Source of the DNA: Acaryochloris marina S15
Lineage (GTDB): Bacteria; Cyanobacteriota; Cyanobacteriia; Thermosynechococcales; Thermosynechococcaceae
NCBI RefSeq assembly: GCF_018336915.1
Contig: NZ_CP064923.1
Location: 4,470,001-4,502,000, forward strand
Length of the DNA stretch: 32,000 nucleotides
Direction of reading: 5' to 3'
Shown here: one piece after another, positions 1 to 9,678 of the stretch
How positions within the stretch are numbered: the first letter of the stretch is position 1
How the letters are laid out: each line of letters opens with the position of its first letter
Notes under the pieces: model-generated
Database searches by the model: none
Told to the model about the DNA's origin: nothing
Seen by the model: only the letters and a program-made list of their open reading frames with translations
Program-made: the position numbers and the translations under genes

Positions 1-133
1 GCTTCCTCTCCCCTTTTGGTTTTAACCCCCTGAGATTTAGGGCTAGGCTTCAGCCCACTCAACCACCCCCGGGGACAAGGGGCTGAACATCAATGTTTTA
101 GGATAGGGGTATCAACATGCCCGCGCTAACGCT

Positions 134-511
134 ATGGAAGACTCTCGCGACGTTTTAGAAAATAGAACATTAAAGCGTCTTTTTCTGTTCATTTATTTGG
201 TCCCTGTCTTTGGCGTTGTCCCAGCCCTCTGGACCCTCAGTCGACGAGATAGCGATCGCAAGCAGCGAGAAGTCAGTCGAGTGGCCACCCTGATCGGCTT
301 AGCATGGCTAATAGGAACCCTATGTCTCACTTCTGGTGTTGCCATCACTAGCGGAGAGAACGCCCAGAGTATGGGAATTTCGCAGTTATTGTTCAATAGT
401 TTATTTACATCCGGCTATTTTCTCAGCAACTTGTGGCTGATGGTCCGGGTTTGGCGACGTCAGTCCCTCGACATTCCAGGGCTGAAACGCATCACTAAGT
501 ATTTGCCCTAA
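134..511 (+). CDS. small integral membrane protein, unknown function
   Basis: ATG start. 125 aa with about 3 hydrophobic helices (LFLFIYLVPVFGVVPALW, LIGLAWLIGTLCLTSGV, YFLSNLWLMV). Its stop lies 3 nt before the next gene's ATG, which suggests an operon. Contains HIP1 at 252-259. Confidence 0.5.
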   Translation: MEDSRDVLENRTLKRLFLFIYLVPVFGVVPALWTLSRRDSDRKQREVSRVATLIGLAWLIGTLCLTSGVAITSGENAQSMGISQLLFNSLFTSGYFLSNLWLMVRVWRRQSLDIPGLKRITKYLP

Positions 512-514
512 ACC

Positions 515-2086
515 ATGGCTTGGCCCCGCCTCTTCATTCTGCTGTTAGGCCTCGCCATTATTTTGGGGCTGATGCTCTGGCTGATTAGCTCATTGCAATG
601 GCTATACACGCAAGTTGCCCTGACATCTCCCTTTTTGGCCAACTTACTGGTGTTCTGCCTGATTGCTTTGATGGCAGTCTTAATGGGAGCTTTTCTATAT
701 TACGGTTGGCAGTTTCGGAGCAAGAAAAAGCCGAAGAAGAAGCGTCCTCCCCAAGTGCCCACGGATAAAGTTGATGCTGCTGCCTCCAATCTGCGCGCCG
801 TCCATCGGCAGATTCAGCAAATCCAAGACGAAGTGACTCGCCAAGCCCTGCTGAAAGAAACTCGGCAAATGGCGAAGACCTTCACCCGCCGGGCACTCAA
901 AATCGTTGTCTTTGGCACAGGGTCTGCGGGCAAGACCTCCTTAGTCAATGCAATTGTGGGACAAATGGTGGGGGAAGTCGGGGCAACCATCGGCACTACG
1001 GCCGTGGGTCAAACCTTTCGCTGCCAGTTACGCAATGTTGATCAGGAATTGCTGATTACAGATACCCCCGGACTATCAGAACCGGGCGTTGCCGGCACCG
1101 ATCGCGAACAGGCTGCCCGTAAGTTAGCGACGGAAGCCGATTTACTGCTGTTTGTGGTCGATGGTGATTTAACCCAGTCTGAATACCAGCCTCTACGGGC
1201 GTTGGGACGGATGGGTAAACGGTCTCTGCTAGTTTTCAATAAAACCGATTGCTATACCCAAACCGATCAAGACCTGATTCAGGAACGACTGCATGAGCGT
1301 GTCCAGAACTGGATTCAGCCGGAAGACGTGGTTGCGATCGCAGCCCGTCCCCAACCCGTTCGCTTAGCCTCTGGAGAGACCTTAGAACCAGAGCCAGACC
1401 TAAAAGCACTGATACAAAGAATTTCCCGAATCCTGCGGCAAGAGGGAGAAGATTTATTCGCTGATAATATCCTGCTCCAGTCCCAGCGTTTAGGGGCAGA
1501 AGCCCGACAACAGATTGATCAAGAGCGTCGACAACAGGCCGACCAAATTGTCGATCGGTTTCAATGGATCGGCGCTGGCGTTATTTGGGTGACCCCTGTC
1601 CCAGTGATTGATTTGCTGGCAACCGCTGCCGTCAACACTCAAATGGTGATTGAAATCGCCAAGATTTATGGCTGCGATCTAACCCTAAATCGGGCTAAGG
1701 ATCTAGCCCTCTCCCTCGCTAAAACCATGGTGAGTCTCGGCATTGTTAAAGGCGCGATCGAACTCTTTGCCCGGGCCTTGCAGTTCAGTGTGGTGGGATT
1801 TGTGGTCGGTAAAACCATTCAAAGCGTGGGAGCCGCCTATTTAACCCGGATCGCGGGCAAAAGCTTTATTGAATATTTTCGCAACGATCAAGAGTGGGGA
1901 GATGGTGGCATGACAGAAGTTGTCCAGCGCCAGTTTCAGCTCCATCGCCGCGATCGATTCGTCAAAGCCTTTATTCAAGAAGCCATCACCAAACTACCGA
2001 CTGAATTTGGACGACGGGTGCAACAGCAACTGAGCCCAACCCGTTCCGATCCAAACACCCCTCCTAGCCCACCTCATTCAAATTAA
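515..2086 (+). CDS. membrane-anchored GTPase with C-terminal DUF697-like domain
   Basis: Two N-terminal TM helices, then the GTPase motifs G1 GTGSAGKTS, G3 DTPG and G4 NKTD. The C-terminal hydrophobic region (WVTPVPVIDLLATAAVNTQM...) resembles DUF697/YcjF-like proteins. Family name is from memory. Confidence 0.75.
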   Translation: MAWPRLFILLLGLAIILGLMLWLISSLQWLYTQVALTSPFLANLLVFCLIALMAVLMGAFLYYGWQFRSKKKPKKKRPPQVPTDKVDAAASNLRAVHRQIQQIQDEVTRQALLKETRQMAKTFTRRALKIVVFGTGSAGKTSLVNAIVGQMVGEVGATIGTTAVGQTFRCQLRNVDQELLITDTPGLSEPGVAGTDREQAARKLATEADLLLFVVDGDLTQSEYQPLRALGRMGKRSLLVFNKTDCYTQTDQDLIQERLHERVQNWIQPEDVVAIAARPQPVRLASGETLEPEPDLKALIQRISRILRQEGEDLFADNILLQSQRLGAEARQQIDQERRQQADQIVDRFQWIGAGVIWVTPVPVIDLLATAAVNTQMVIEIAKIYGCDLTLNRAKDLALSLAKTMVSLGIVKGAIELFARALQFSVVGFVVGKTIQSVGAAYLTRIAGKSFIEYFRNDQEWGDGGMTEVVQRQFQLHRRDRFVKAFIQEAITKLPTEFGRRVQQQLSPTRSDPNTPPSPPHSN

Positions 2087-2261
2087 CCAGGGGAAGGTTA
2101 TTCAGCTAACCCACATCCTAGATAATCCACACTAGAATGGACTTTATATTCTTTTTATATTCTCCAGTGGATCAAGAATTGGGTAATGAGTGCCTCAATT
2201 TGAAAGCATTTCAATCTAAGTCAGAGTTCCACCTCCTGTCCCGCCACAACAGTGTCCCCCT

Positions 2262-3608
2262 ATGGAAACATCTGAAACACCAAATCTACAAGAACCCGTT
2301 GAACAATCGTTCAACTCCACCATCAAACCTGTAAAACAAAGCAGCAGCCGGAATTGGTTAATTGCAGGTGTCGCCCTCATCGGGACGGGGCTAGTCGTCT
2401 GGCAGTTTTGGCCCAAAGGGGCTCAACCCACTGGTCCACAAGGTCCCCCAGCCACTTTGGTTAAAGTCCAGACTGTCCAAACCAGTCCGGTCAAACAAAC
2501 CTCCGCCTTCTTAGGCACCTTAGAAGCCAAACAGGGAGTGGTACTGCGACCCGAAATAGAAGGGCGAGTCACTCAGATTTTTGTCTCATCGGGGTCGAGA
2601 GTATCGCCTGGACAACCCATTGTTCAACTCAGTCCAGAGAAGTCTCAAGCAGACTTTGGAGCAGCAGTTGCTAATATCAACGTAGCCACAGCCGCCAGCA
2701 GTAACGCTCAAGCCCAACTTCGAGCCGTCCAAGCCGATCGAGGCAGAGCCGTCGCTGAACTGGACCTGCAAAATACAGAGTTTCAGCGCACCCAAACATT
2801 GGTCAAGCAAGGAGTCTTGGCTAAGCAAGTATTGGATCAAGTCCGCCGCGATCGCACCTCCGCCCAAGCCGCCCTCAGAGCCGTCGATGAGCAAATTCTT
2901 GCTGCTAAAGCCAACTTAACCCAATCTAGAGCCAGCCTGAATCAGGCTAAAGCCAGTGCCTTGTCGGCCCGAGAAGATGTGCAAGATACGCGCATCACGG
3001 CCCCCATTGCTGGCATGGTGGGGGATATTCCCATCAAGTTGGGTTCCTACGTACAAGCCGGTGACACCCTGACGACCGTTATTCAAAATCAAACCTTAGA
3101 GCTAAATCTCAATATTCCTATTGAGCAGCGTGATCAGCTAGAGGTAGGGCTACCGGTTGAACTCAATCAAGCTCAATCGCAACAAATGCTCGCCAAGGGA
3201 CGAATTAGTTTTGTTTCTCCTACGGTCAATAACGAGAGTCAATCTGTCTTAGCCAAGGCCAGCTTCGCCAACCCTAAAGGGAAATTACGGGATGGTCAAC
3301 GGGTCGAAGCCAACGTCGTTTGGCAAACTCGTCCTGGTGTTTTAGTGCCCACCACAGCCATCACCCGCTTGGGAGGTAAAGCCTTTGTCTTTATTGCCGA
3401 TCAACCGCAGCAGACAGAGGGCCAAGTGCCCGCCATGGTGGCCCGTCAGCAACCCGTTGAATTAGGCAGCATCCAGGGAAATGAATATCAAGTGTTGGAT
3501 GGCATCCAATCCGGTGAAACTATCGTTGTTTCCGGCCTGCAAACCGTCAGAGATGGTGCCGAGCTTCGCCTTGAGACGGACAAACCAACCGGCAAACCGC
3601 CCCAATAG
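2262..3608 (+). CDS. RND efflux periplasmic adaptor (membrane fusion protein, HlyD/AcrA family)
   Basis: N-terminal TM anchor and a long Ala/Gln-rich coiled-coil hairpin. Has the lipoyl/beta-barrel motifs typical of MFPs (ITAPIAGMVGDI, GDTLTTV, VPTTAI). Sits directly upstream of an AcrB-like permease. Confidence 0.85.
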   Translation: METSETPNLQEPVEQSFNSTIKPVKQSSSRNWLIAGVALIGTGLVVWQFWPKGAQPTGPQGPPATLVKVQTVQTSPVKQTSAFLGTLEAKQGVVLRPEIEGRVTQIFVSSGSRVSPGQPIVQLSPEKSQADFGAAVANINVATAASSNAQAQLRAVQADRGRAVAELDLQNTEFQRTQTLVKQGVLAKQVLDQVRRDRTSAQAALRAVDEQILAAKANLTQSRASLNQAKASALSAREDVQDTRITAPIAGMVGDIPIKLGSYVQAGDTLTTVIQNQTLELNLNIPIEQRDQLEVGLPVELNQAQSQQMLAKGRISFVSPTVNNESQSVLAKASFANPKGKLRDGQRVEANVVWQTRPGVLVPTTAITRLGGKAFVFIADQPQQTEGQVPAMVARQQPVELGSIQGNEYQVLDGIQSGETIVVSGLQTVRDGAELRLETDKPTGKPPQ

Positions 3609-3728
3609 GTTGCCGGTTGGTTTACACCGTGATTGATTCATTCAATATTTTCTCCAATTCATCTTTTCTCCTTGGCCGTGCCTGCTGATTCCTAGCCCCT
3701 CCCCTCGCAACCGTCCTCTCCCCCTCTT

Positions 3729-6700
3729 ATGCTTGTCAATTTTTTCATTAAGCGGCCCGTTCTAACGACCGTTTGTGCTCTGCTCATTCTGCTGATGGGT
3801 CTGGTTTGTCTCCCCACCTTACCCATTGCCCAATATCCAGATATCAGCCCGAAACAGGTCAGTATTCAAGCCAACTTTATTGGTGCCGATGCCGCCACCG
3901 TCGAAGATGGCGTCACTAGCATTCTGGAGCGGGAGATTAACGGGGTCGAAGGTCTGCGCTACATGACCTCAAGCAGCAGCAATAGCGGTTCTAGCTCCAT
4001 TACCGCTACCTTTGAAAATAATCGTGACCAAGATTTAGCTGCGGTGGATGTGCAGAATCGTGTCTCCAGCGTGGAGTCACAGCTGCCAACTGCGGTCCAA
4101 CAGACCGGTGTCCGGGTAACTAAGCAGTCCAGCAGCATTCTCATGGGCTTTGGCCTCTTCAGCGAGGATGACGAGTATGACAGTATTTTCCTCAGTAACT
4201 ATGCGGACCTGTATCTGACCAATGCCCTGAAGCGAGTCAATGGAGTCGGCAATGTCACTATTTTCGGGGAACGGAAATATGCCATGCGCCTATGGCTCGA
4301 CCCCGAGCGGCTAGCAAAGCGCAATCTGGCCGGGCAAGATGTGGTGGATGCTCTGCAAGAACAAAATATTCAAGTGGGTGCGGGACAAATTGGTCAACCG
4401 CCTGCCCCCAAAGGTCAGCAATTCCAAATTGATATCCGTGCCGAAAGTCGACTTAATAGCATCGAAGAATTTGAAGCGTTAGTCGTGGACTCAACCGACG
4501 GTAGGCTGATCAAACTCAAAGATGTCGGTCGAGTTGAATTGGGGGCTGAAAATTACGGTTCATTCTTACGGTTTCGCGGTAAAGAAGCGGTCGGCCTGGG
4601 GATTTCCCAAATTCCTGGGAGTAACGCTCTAAGTGTTGCCCGTGGCGTCAAAGAAACTATGGCAACCTTGGCTGAAGACTTTCCCCCTGGAATGACCTAT
4701 GACATTGGTTTTGACACCACAGATTATGTAGAGCAATCCCTCACCGAAGTGATCTGGACCTTAATCCAAGCCATTGGCCTAGTGGTCCTGGTGATCTTCG
4801 TCTTTTTACAAGATTGGCGCACCACCATTATTCCCGCCGTCACCATTCCCATTTCCCTGATCGGGACATTTGTGTTTGTGAAACTGTTTGGCTTTTCCAT
4901 CAATAGCCTGACCCTATTTGGCCTCACCCTAGCCACCGGCATGGTGGTGGATGATGCGATTGTGGTGGTTGAAAATGTCGCTGCCAAAATTCAGAATGAA
5001 GGTATTGAACCTCGACAGGCTGCCATTGTTGCCATGGAAGAGCTAACGGGGGCAGTTATTGCCACCTCTCTCGTCCTGATGGCGGTATTTGTGCCGGTAG
5101 CCTTTTTCCCCGGTACAACAGGTGCGTTGTATCAACAGTTTGCCTTAACGATTGCGTTTGCGATCGCACTCTCTACCTTCAACGCCCTCACCCTAACTCC
5201 CACCCTATCCGGGCTACTCCTCCGTCAAAATCCCAGCATTCCCAACTGGCTAGCACCAGGATTTAACTGGTTCAATCGTCAACAGGATCGGCTGCGTCAG
5301 AGTTATAGCAACATTTTGGACTGGATGAATCGGTTTAAATATTTCATCTTGGCTATTTTTGCCGCCCTGTTAACCTTTACCGCCTGGATTTATACCACCG
5401 TCCCTTCAGCCTTTCTACCGGAAGAAGACCAAGGGTATTTCCTCACCATTGTCGGTGCCCCCGATGGCGTATCTCTGGAATACACCAGCGACGTGATGAA
5501 AAAGATCGAAGAGGTCATGCTTCCCCTGCCAGAAGTGCGGGCGACCTTTGCAGTGGGAGGATTCAGCTTTGGGGGCAATGCGTCCAATAAAGGGATTGTA
5601 TTTACCACCCTCAAACCCTGGTCAGAACGACGCAGCTCCGAACAATCCGCTCCAGAAATTATTAACCGAGTCCGCGGCCAATTGTTCCAAATTCCCGAGG
5701 CGCGCATTTTAGCCATCAACCCCCCTGCCATTCGTGGACTCGGGAGCTATGGCGGCTTTACCTTTCAGCTACAAGACCGTTCAGAAAACTTGAGCCTGGA
5801 TGAATTTGTCAGCAGCCTAGGTCCAGTCTTGGGAGCTGCTAACAGCAATGATGCCATCGAAGGAGCATTCACCACCTACGGGGCCAATACCCCCCAGCTC
5901 AAGGTTGAAGTCAATCGTCAGCGAGCCAAAGCCTTACAAGTCGATGTTGACGAAATTTTCAATACTCTGCAAATCTATCTAGGATCTCGGTATGTCAACG
6001 ATTTCAATCTAGGTCGCCGGACCTATCGGGTCTATGTTCAAGCCGATCAGCAGTTTCGTTCCAATCCCGATGATATTGGCAAGCTATACGTACGCTCCGA
6101 CACAGACCAAATGATTCCCCTGAGTAATTTAGTCACCATTACGTCGGTAACCGGTGCCCAAACCATTAATCACTACAACCAATTCCGTTCCATTGAGATT
6201 AACGGAGCCGCAAAGGCAGGCGTGAGTTCTGGACAAGCCCTGCAAGCCATGGAAGGCATCGCCGCCAACGTCCTCCCACCAGGGCTAGGCTTTGAGTGGT
6301 CCGGTATATCCCTCGAAGAAATCGAGTCCGGTGGTCAAGCAACGATTATCTTCAGTTTGGGATTGATCCTCGTCTTTCTGGTTCTCGCAGCTCAGTACGA
6401 AAGCTATGTGGACCCAGTCATCATCATGCTCTCGGTTCCTCTTGCCGTATTAGGGGCGTTGGGGGCTCAAACATTGCGAGGCTTTTCCAACGATATTTAC
6501 TGCCAAATTGGTCTCGTGATGTTGATTGGTCTCGCGAGTAAAAACTCAATTCTGATCGTTGAGTTTGCCAACCAGCTACGGGACGAAGGACTTTCCATTC
6601 CAAAAGCTGCCCTGCAAGCAGCCCAACAACGGCTCCGCCCCATTTTAATGACCGCCATTTCCACCCTCAGCAGTATTTTCCCTCTCGTGGTGGCCTCCGG

Positions 6701-6905
6701 CGCAGGGGCTGGCAGTCGGCAATCCCTGGGAACAGCCGTCTTTGGTGGTATGTTTATTGCCACTTTCCTCAGTCTATTTGTTGTTCCTATCCTATACATC
6801 ATCATTAAGGGCTTCAGCGATCGTATCTCTCCTAAATCCGCTGAGCTAGCAACAACGACAGAGATACTAGAAACAGAAGAGAGTCTAACCGTAATTCGCA
6901 AATAA
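3729..6905 (+). CDS. RND efflux inner-membrane permease (AcrB/HAE1-like)
   Basis: 1058 aa with the typical N-terminus FFIKRPVLTTVCALLILLMG. Also has GMVVDDAIVVVENV, GLASKNSILIVEFANQ and the 12-TM, two-large-loop layout. Confidence 0.95.
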   Translation: MLVNFFIKRPVLTTVCALLILLMGLVCLPTLPIAQYPDISPKQVSIQANFIGADAATVEDGVTSILEREINGVEGLRYMTSSSSNSGSSSITATFENNRDQDLAAVDVQNRVSSVESQLPTAVQQTGVRVTKQSSSILMGFGLFSEDDEYDSIFLSNYADLYLTNALKRVNGVGNVTIFGERKYAMRLWLDPERLAKRNLAGQDVVDALQEQNIQVGAGQIGQPPAPKGQQFQIDIRAESRLNSIEEFEALVVDSTDGRLIKLKDVGRVELGAENYGSFLRFRGKEAVGLGISQIPGSNALSVARGVKETMATLAEDFPPGMTYDIGFDTTDYVEQSLTEVIWTLIQAIGLVVLVIFVFLQDWRTTIIPAVTIPISLIGTFVFVKLFGFSINSLTLFGLTLATGMVVDDAIVVVENVAAKIQNEGIEPRQAAIVAMEELTGAVIATSLVLMAVFVPVAFFPGTTGALYQQFALTIAFAIALSTFNALTLTPTLSGLLLRQNPSIPNWLAPGFNWFNRQQDRLRQSYSNILDWMNRFKYFILAIFAALLTFTAWIYTTVPSAFLPEEDQGYFLTIVGAPDGVSLEYTSDVMKKIEEVMLPLPEVRATFAVGGFSFGGNASNKGIVFTTLKPWSERRSSEQSAPEIINRVRGQLFQIPEARILAINPPAIRGLGSYGGFTFQLQDRSENLSLDEFVSSLGPVLGAANSNDAIEGAFTTYGANTPQLKVEVNRQRAKALQVDVDEIFNTLQIYLGSRYVNDFNLGRRTYRVYVQADQQFRSNPDDIGKLYVRSDTDQMIPLSNLVTITSVTGAQTINHYNQFRSIEINGAAKAGVSSGQALQAMEGIAANVLPPGLGFEWSGISLEEIESGGQATIIFSLGLILVFLVLAAQYESYVDPVIIMLSVPLAVLGALGAQTLRGFSNDIYCQIGLVMLIGLASKNSILIVEFANQLRDEGLSIPKAALQAAQQRLRPILMTAISTLSSIFPLVVASGAGAGSRQSLGTAVFGGMFIATFLSLFVVPILYIIIKGFSDRISPKSAELATTTEILETEESLTVIRK

Positions 6906-7125
6906 AACTTAAAACTGTTAGGTCAACTCTGCAAAACAGGGGGCTCACCCTAATTTCACTTCCACCCATAGGGGTAATGTCATCAAAAAAATACTTTTTT
7001 ATTTATATTTCATAACATCAGCGATTCAAGCCGCCGAGATCTACCTGACTATCATTAATTCTTTGGGGCATTCAACAGATTTCTCTCATCAAAGCCTTGA
7101 AAAATTACACAACGTATAAGCCATA

Positions 7126-7171
7126 CAAGAAAACATTGGGAATATTCAATAGTATTCCCAATGTTTTCTTG
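7126..7171. repeat. perfect hairpin with 19-bp stem and 8-nt loop
   Basis: caagaaaacattgggaata (7126-7144) is the exact reverse complement of tattcccaatgttttcttg (7153-7171). It ends 5 nt before an AAGGAG Shine-Dalgarno at 7177-7182. No flanking T-run on either strand, so it is not a canonical terminator. Confidence 0.7.
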
Positions 7172-7187
7172 ATTTCAAGGAGAAATT

Positions 7188-7352
7188 ATGCCGCAACGTT
7201 ATAGAGAGGAAGTTGAAGCATTAGCTAAAGCACTATTAAATAGCCATGAAAAAGATGGCCTTATCTATAGTGGGATTGCAACGCTACTCATGGTTGCCTT
7301 AACGATTTATTGGGTGGATGGACTAATTAGACTCAGATTGATTGGTGGATAG
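7188..7352 (+). CDS. hypothetical 54-aa tail-anchored small membrane protein (below the ORF-track size cutoff)
   Basis: ATG lies 5 nt after AAGGAG. Translation is MPQRYREEVEALAKALLNSHEKDGLIYSGIATLLMVALTIYWVDGLIRLRLIGG: a charged helix followed by one TM segment. An 8-bp stem (7382-7389 / 7404-7411) follows. No family recognised. Confidence 0.35.
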   Translation: MPQRYREEVEALAKALLNSHEKDGLIYSGIATLLMVALTIYWVDGLIRLRLIGG

Positions 7353-8058
7353 GGTTTGAGAGTGCAAGACGATCCATGAACAAGCCCTAAAAGATCTCTC
7401 TTGTAGGGCTTCTATAAACTTATTTAGATCAATTTATATACCAGAAATACAGGTCAGTAAAAATCATTATCTACACCTTATCAAGTATGATCAATCTACT
7501 ATTTTTAAGCTCAGTTTGACAGCAATACTTTCAGCATTTTTTTCTAGCAGCAGAATGAATAGAACCATAACAATCCTCCCATTAGTTCTTTGATATAGCA
7601 ATCTGAAATCAATCGTGAGATGTAGAGAGGCTGAAATCTTTACCAGTATCCATTTAGGTTGAATATAATTCTCACAACTCACGTCAGATCGCTATAGGTC
7701 CTTGATCATAGGTTTATCACTCTATTCCCAAAATATTGCGTAAGGCTGGTAGTTGATGAGCTTGTAGAAACTGAAAATTAGAATAATTCAAGCTCTTAAA
7801 CGGGACTTGCCGCCCATGTTCCACTCCTACACTAAATTCTTCTAGCTCCCTTTGACTTAAACAATAAGGACTAGGGTAAAGAAACCGAGCAACAAATTGA
7901 AATAGCACGAGATGAAACCCATGGGTATTTGGATCATTGCCCATTGCGAATCCCAGAACATAGGCCTCTCCAAAGGAGTCAAACCCTTTTTTCAACCTTA
8001 ACGAGGGACAAGGTCGCCGTAGGCTATACGTGGCAGAAGCTTGAGAAAATAGTAGGGC

Positions 8059-8087
8059 AAAAAAATAGGGAGTACGATTGTACTCCC
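8059..8087 (-). terminator. intrinsic terminator, minus strand
   Basis: Read on the minus strand: gggagtac-aatc-gtactccc (8-bp stem, 4-nt loop, 8068-8087), followed by TATTTTTTT (8059-8067). No T-run follows it on the plus strand. Confidence 0.55.
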
Positions 8088-9678
8088 ATCTCAAAAAATG
8101 TTCCCTGCATCATACCAAACTACTCTCCGTGCTCAGTCATGTGGATTGTCAACCGGAATGTCAAAATATTCTTTTTAATTCCAACAAAAACTAAACCCAA
8201 ACTCTAAATAATGACAAAGATGGGTAAATTTGATTGGAATACCTATTCTGTTCAACTTAGATATCTAGCCTTGCAATCTATGACCTCCAATAGTCTAATT
8301 TGGAAGAAAAGTTTATTGAAATGACTTCCTCGACATTCAGTCATTCGTAAGTCATAGTCGTAACTACGCTACATATTCCTCATTCGTTATAGAAAAAGGT
8401 CTGTGCCCTATACATCTGAAAGTGGTCAGTATACTGCTCACATCGCTCGGACCTGGGTCACAGTAGTGGAAAGTTGTCGATATTGTCTTTCCGTAAGTTA
8501 TTTCTTCCTGTTGAATTTTTTCTTTGTGATAGGGCTATTTAAGATATTTGCAAAGGGGTATTTGGATATCCTAATTTGTATTCCTCACCCTTTTGAAAAG
8601 TAGCCCGAATCCGTCCAATTAGTTTTCGAGCAACAGCAACAATGGCCTTCTTCTTTCCTGTCCTTGGGAAAAGTCGGTTAAAAAACTGAGCTAGAGCTTG
8701 GTCTTTCTCAATGGCTCTCCAAGCGATCTCAATGAGGATACTTCGGACTTGAACATTGCCCTGATGAGTAATATGTCCCCTACGGATCGCTTCACCACTG
8801 GAATGTTCACTGGGGGTCAGACCTGTGTATGAAAATAACTGGCGTTCGTTCTTAAACTGAGACATATCCCCCAACTCATTCGATAATACCCGAGCAGACT
8901 GTGGCCCAACACCTGGAGCAGATCGGTAGGTCTTTTCGTTAGGATCTTCTTTGGCTTGTTGTTTGAGTTCTTGCTCAATCTTTTTGATTTCTTCGTCTAG
9001 ACTTTTCCAGACATTCCAATAAGCATTAATCACAATTATCAATTCTTTGGATGTTGCATTAGCCAGAATTTCTTTGACAAGTTTATGAGTCATTTCACGA
9101 GTTTCATCGGCATCAATTAAACCAAATTGATGAAACTTCATCCTGATTTTATTCTTTATCGCAGCGCAATCTTCAACAAGCTGTTTTCTGGTCCGACTCA
9201 ATAATCGATGTGCTTCTTCTTCCTCACTGGGAATGCGAATTCCCTTTAAGCGTTTTGCTTCCAAAAGCGAAGATAGTTTAAGTGCATCACGTTTATCTGT
9301 TTTGACCCGGTTATTGATAGCAACTTCAATCCCGGCGGCATGCACTACTAGGTTCTGGATCCCATGCGCCTTAAGTTCTCGATGTAACACAAAACCTGAA
9401 AAACCAGCTTCATAAGCACTATAGATCGTGGCACCATCAAAATATTTGAGGAGTTGTTGGGCTAATGATTTTGGAGAGGCTTTCGTTGTCCATTTCTTGA
9501 CGACCTCCTCCTCGACCCTAGCAACAACTGTATAAGTCTTCTTGTGTACATCAATCCCAATGAAGACTTCTTTCCCAACGTAAGATCTTTCTTTCGTATT
9601 CTTCTTCATGATGGAACTCCTTGATATCTAATCAGAGAAGTAAATGTATCCCTAGTATTTAGGCTTGCACCTTGTTGA
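8088..9678 (-). mobile_element. IS110-family element; both ends approximate
   Basis: IS110-family elements lack classic IRs and target duplications, so the ends cannot be read from one copy. The right limit is constrained by the IS4-family reading frame, which starts by about 9679-9700. The left limit is set provisionally at the minus-strand terminator. Confidence 0.35.
8539..9609 (-). CDS. IS110-family DEDD transposase/recombinase
   Basis: N-terminal FIGIDVHKKTY, YEAGFSGF and KTDKRDA motifs. C-terminal PGVGPQSARVL...YTGLTPSEHSSGE..RRGHITHQGN..VRS is typical of IS110/IS116/IS902 transposases. AAGGAG lies 7 nt upstream of the ATG. Confidence 0.9.
   Translation of the reverse strand: MKKNTKERSYVGKEVFIGIDVHKKTYTVVARVEEEVVKKWTTKASPKSLAQQLLKYFDGATIYSAYEAGFSGFVLHRELKAHGIQNLVVHAAGIEVAINNRVKTDKRDALKLSSLLEAKRLKGIRIPSEEEEAHRLLSRTRKQLVEDCAAIKNKIRMKFHQFGLIDADETREMTHKLVKEILANATSKELIIVINAYWNVWKSLDEEIKKIEQELKQQAKEDPNEKTYRSAPGVGPQSARVLSNELGDMSQFKNERQLFSYTGLTPSEHSSGEAIRRGHITHQGNVQVRSILIEIAWRAIEKDQALAQFFNRLFPRTGKKKAIVAVARKLIGRIRATFQKGEEYKLGYPNTPLQIS

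Noticed and set aside
3959-6901. Antisense or alternative-frame ORFs inside the RND permease, for example 6497-6901 (-), 5390-5731 (-) and 6296-6541 (+).
   Set aside because: They lie wholly inside a strongly recognisable 1058-aa gene. Their low-complexity Arg/Ser/Pro-rich translations are typical of shadow ORFs.
2262-6905. RND adaptor and permease without an adjacent outer-membrane factor, considered as a possibly incomplete system.
   Set aside because: An unlinked TolC-like component is common for RND systems, so this is not unusual.
7717-8094. 125-aa minus-strand ORF in the AT-rich stretch.
   Set aside because: It starts at a TTG, has no recognisable family or RBS, and its 5' end contains the minus-strand intrinsic terminator hairpin plus T-run (8059-8087). 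It may be a decayed gene fragment, but I cannot support a CDS call.
7929-8324. Plus-strand ORF with ...IIPNYSP... (reminiscent of the IS630 YSPxLNPIE motif), and a 37-aa ORF at 8211-8324 (...QLRYLALQS...IWKKSLLK) faintly like an IS4-family N-terminus. These could be the missing halves of the IS remnants further right.
   Set aside because: The similarity rests on a few residues in low-complexity AT-rich sequence. The residues after YSP do not match in any frame. That is not enough to call a remnant.
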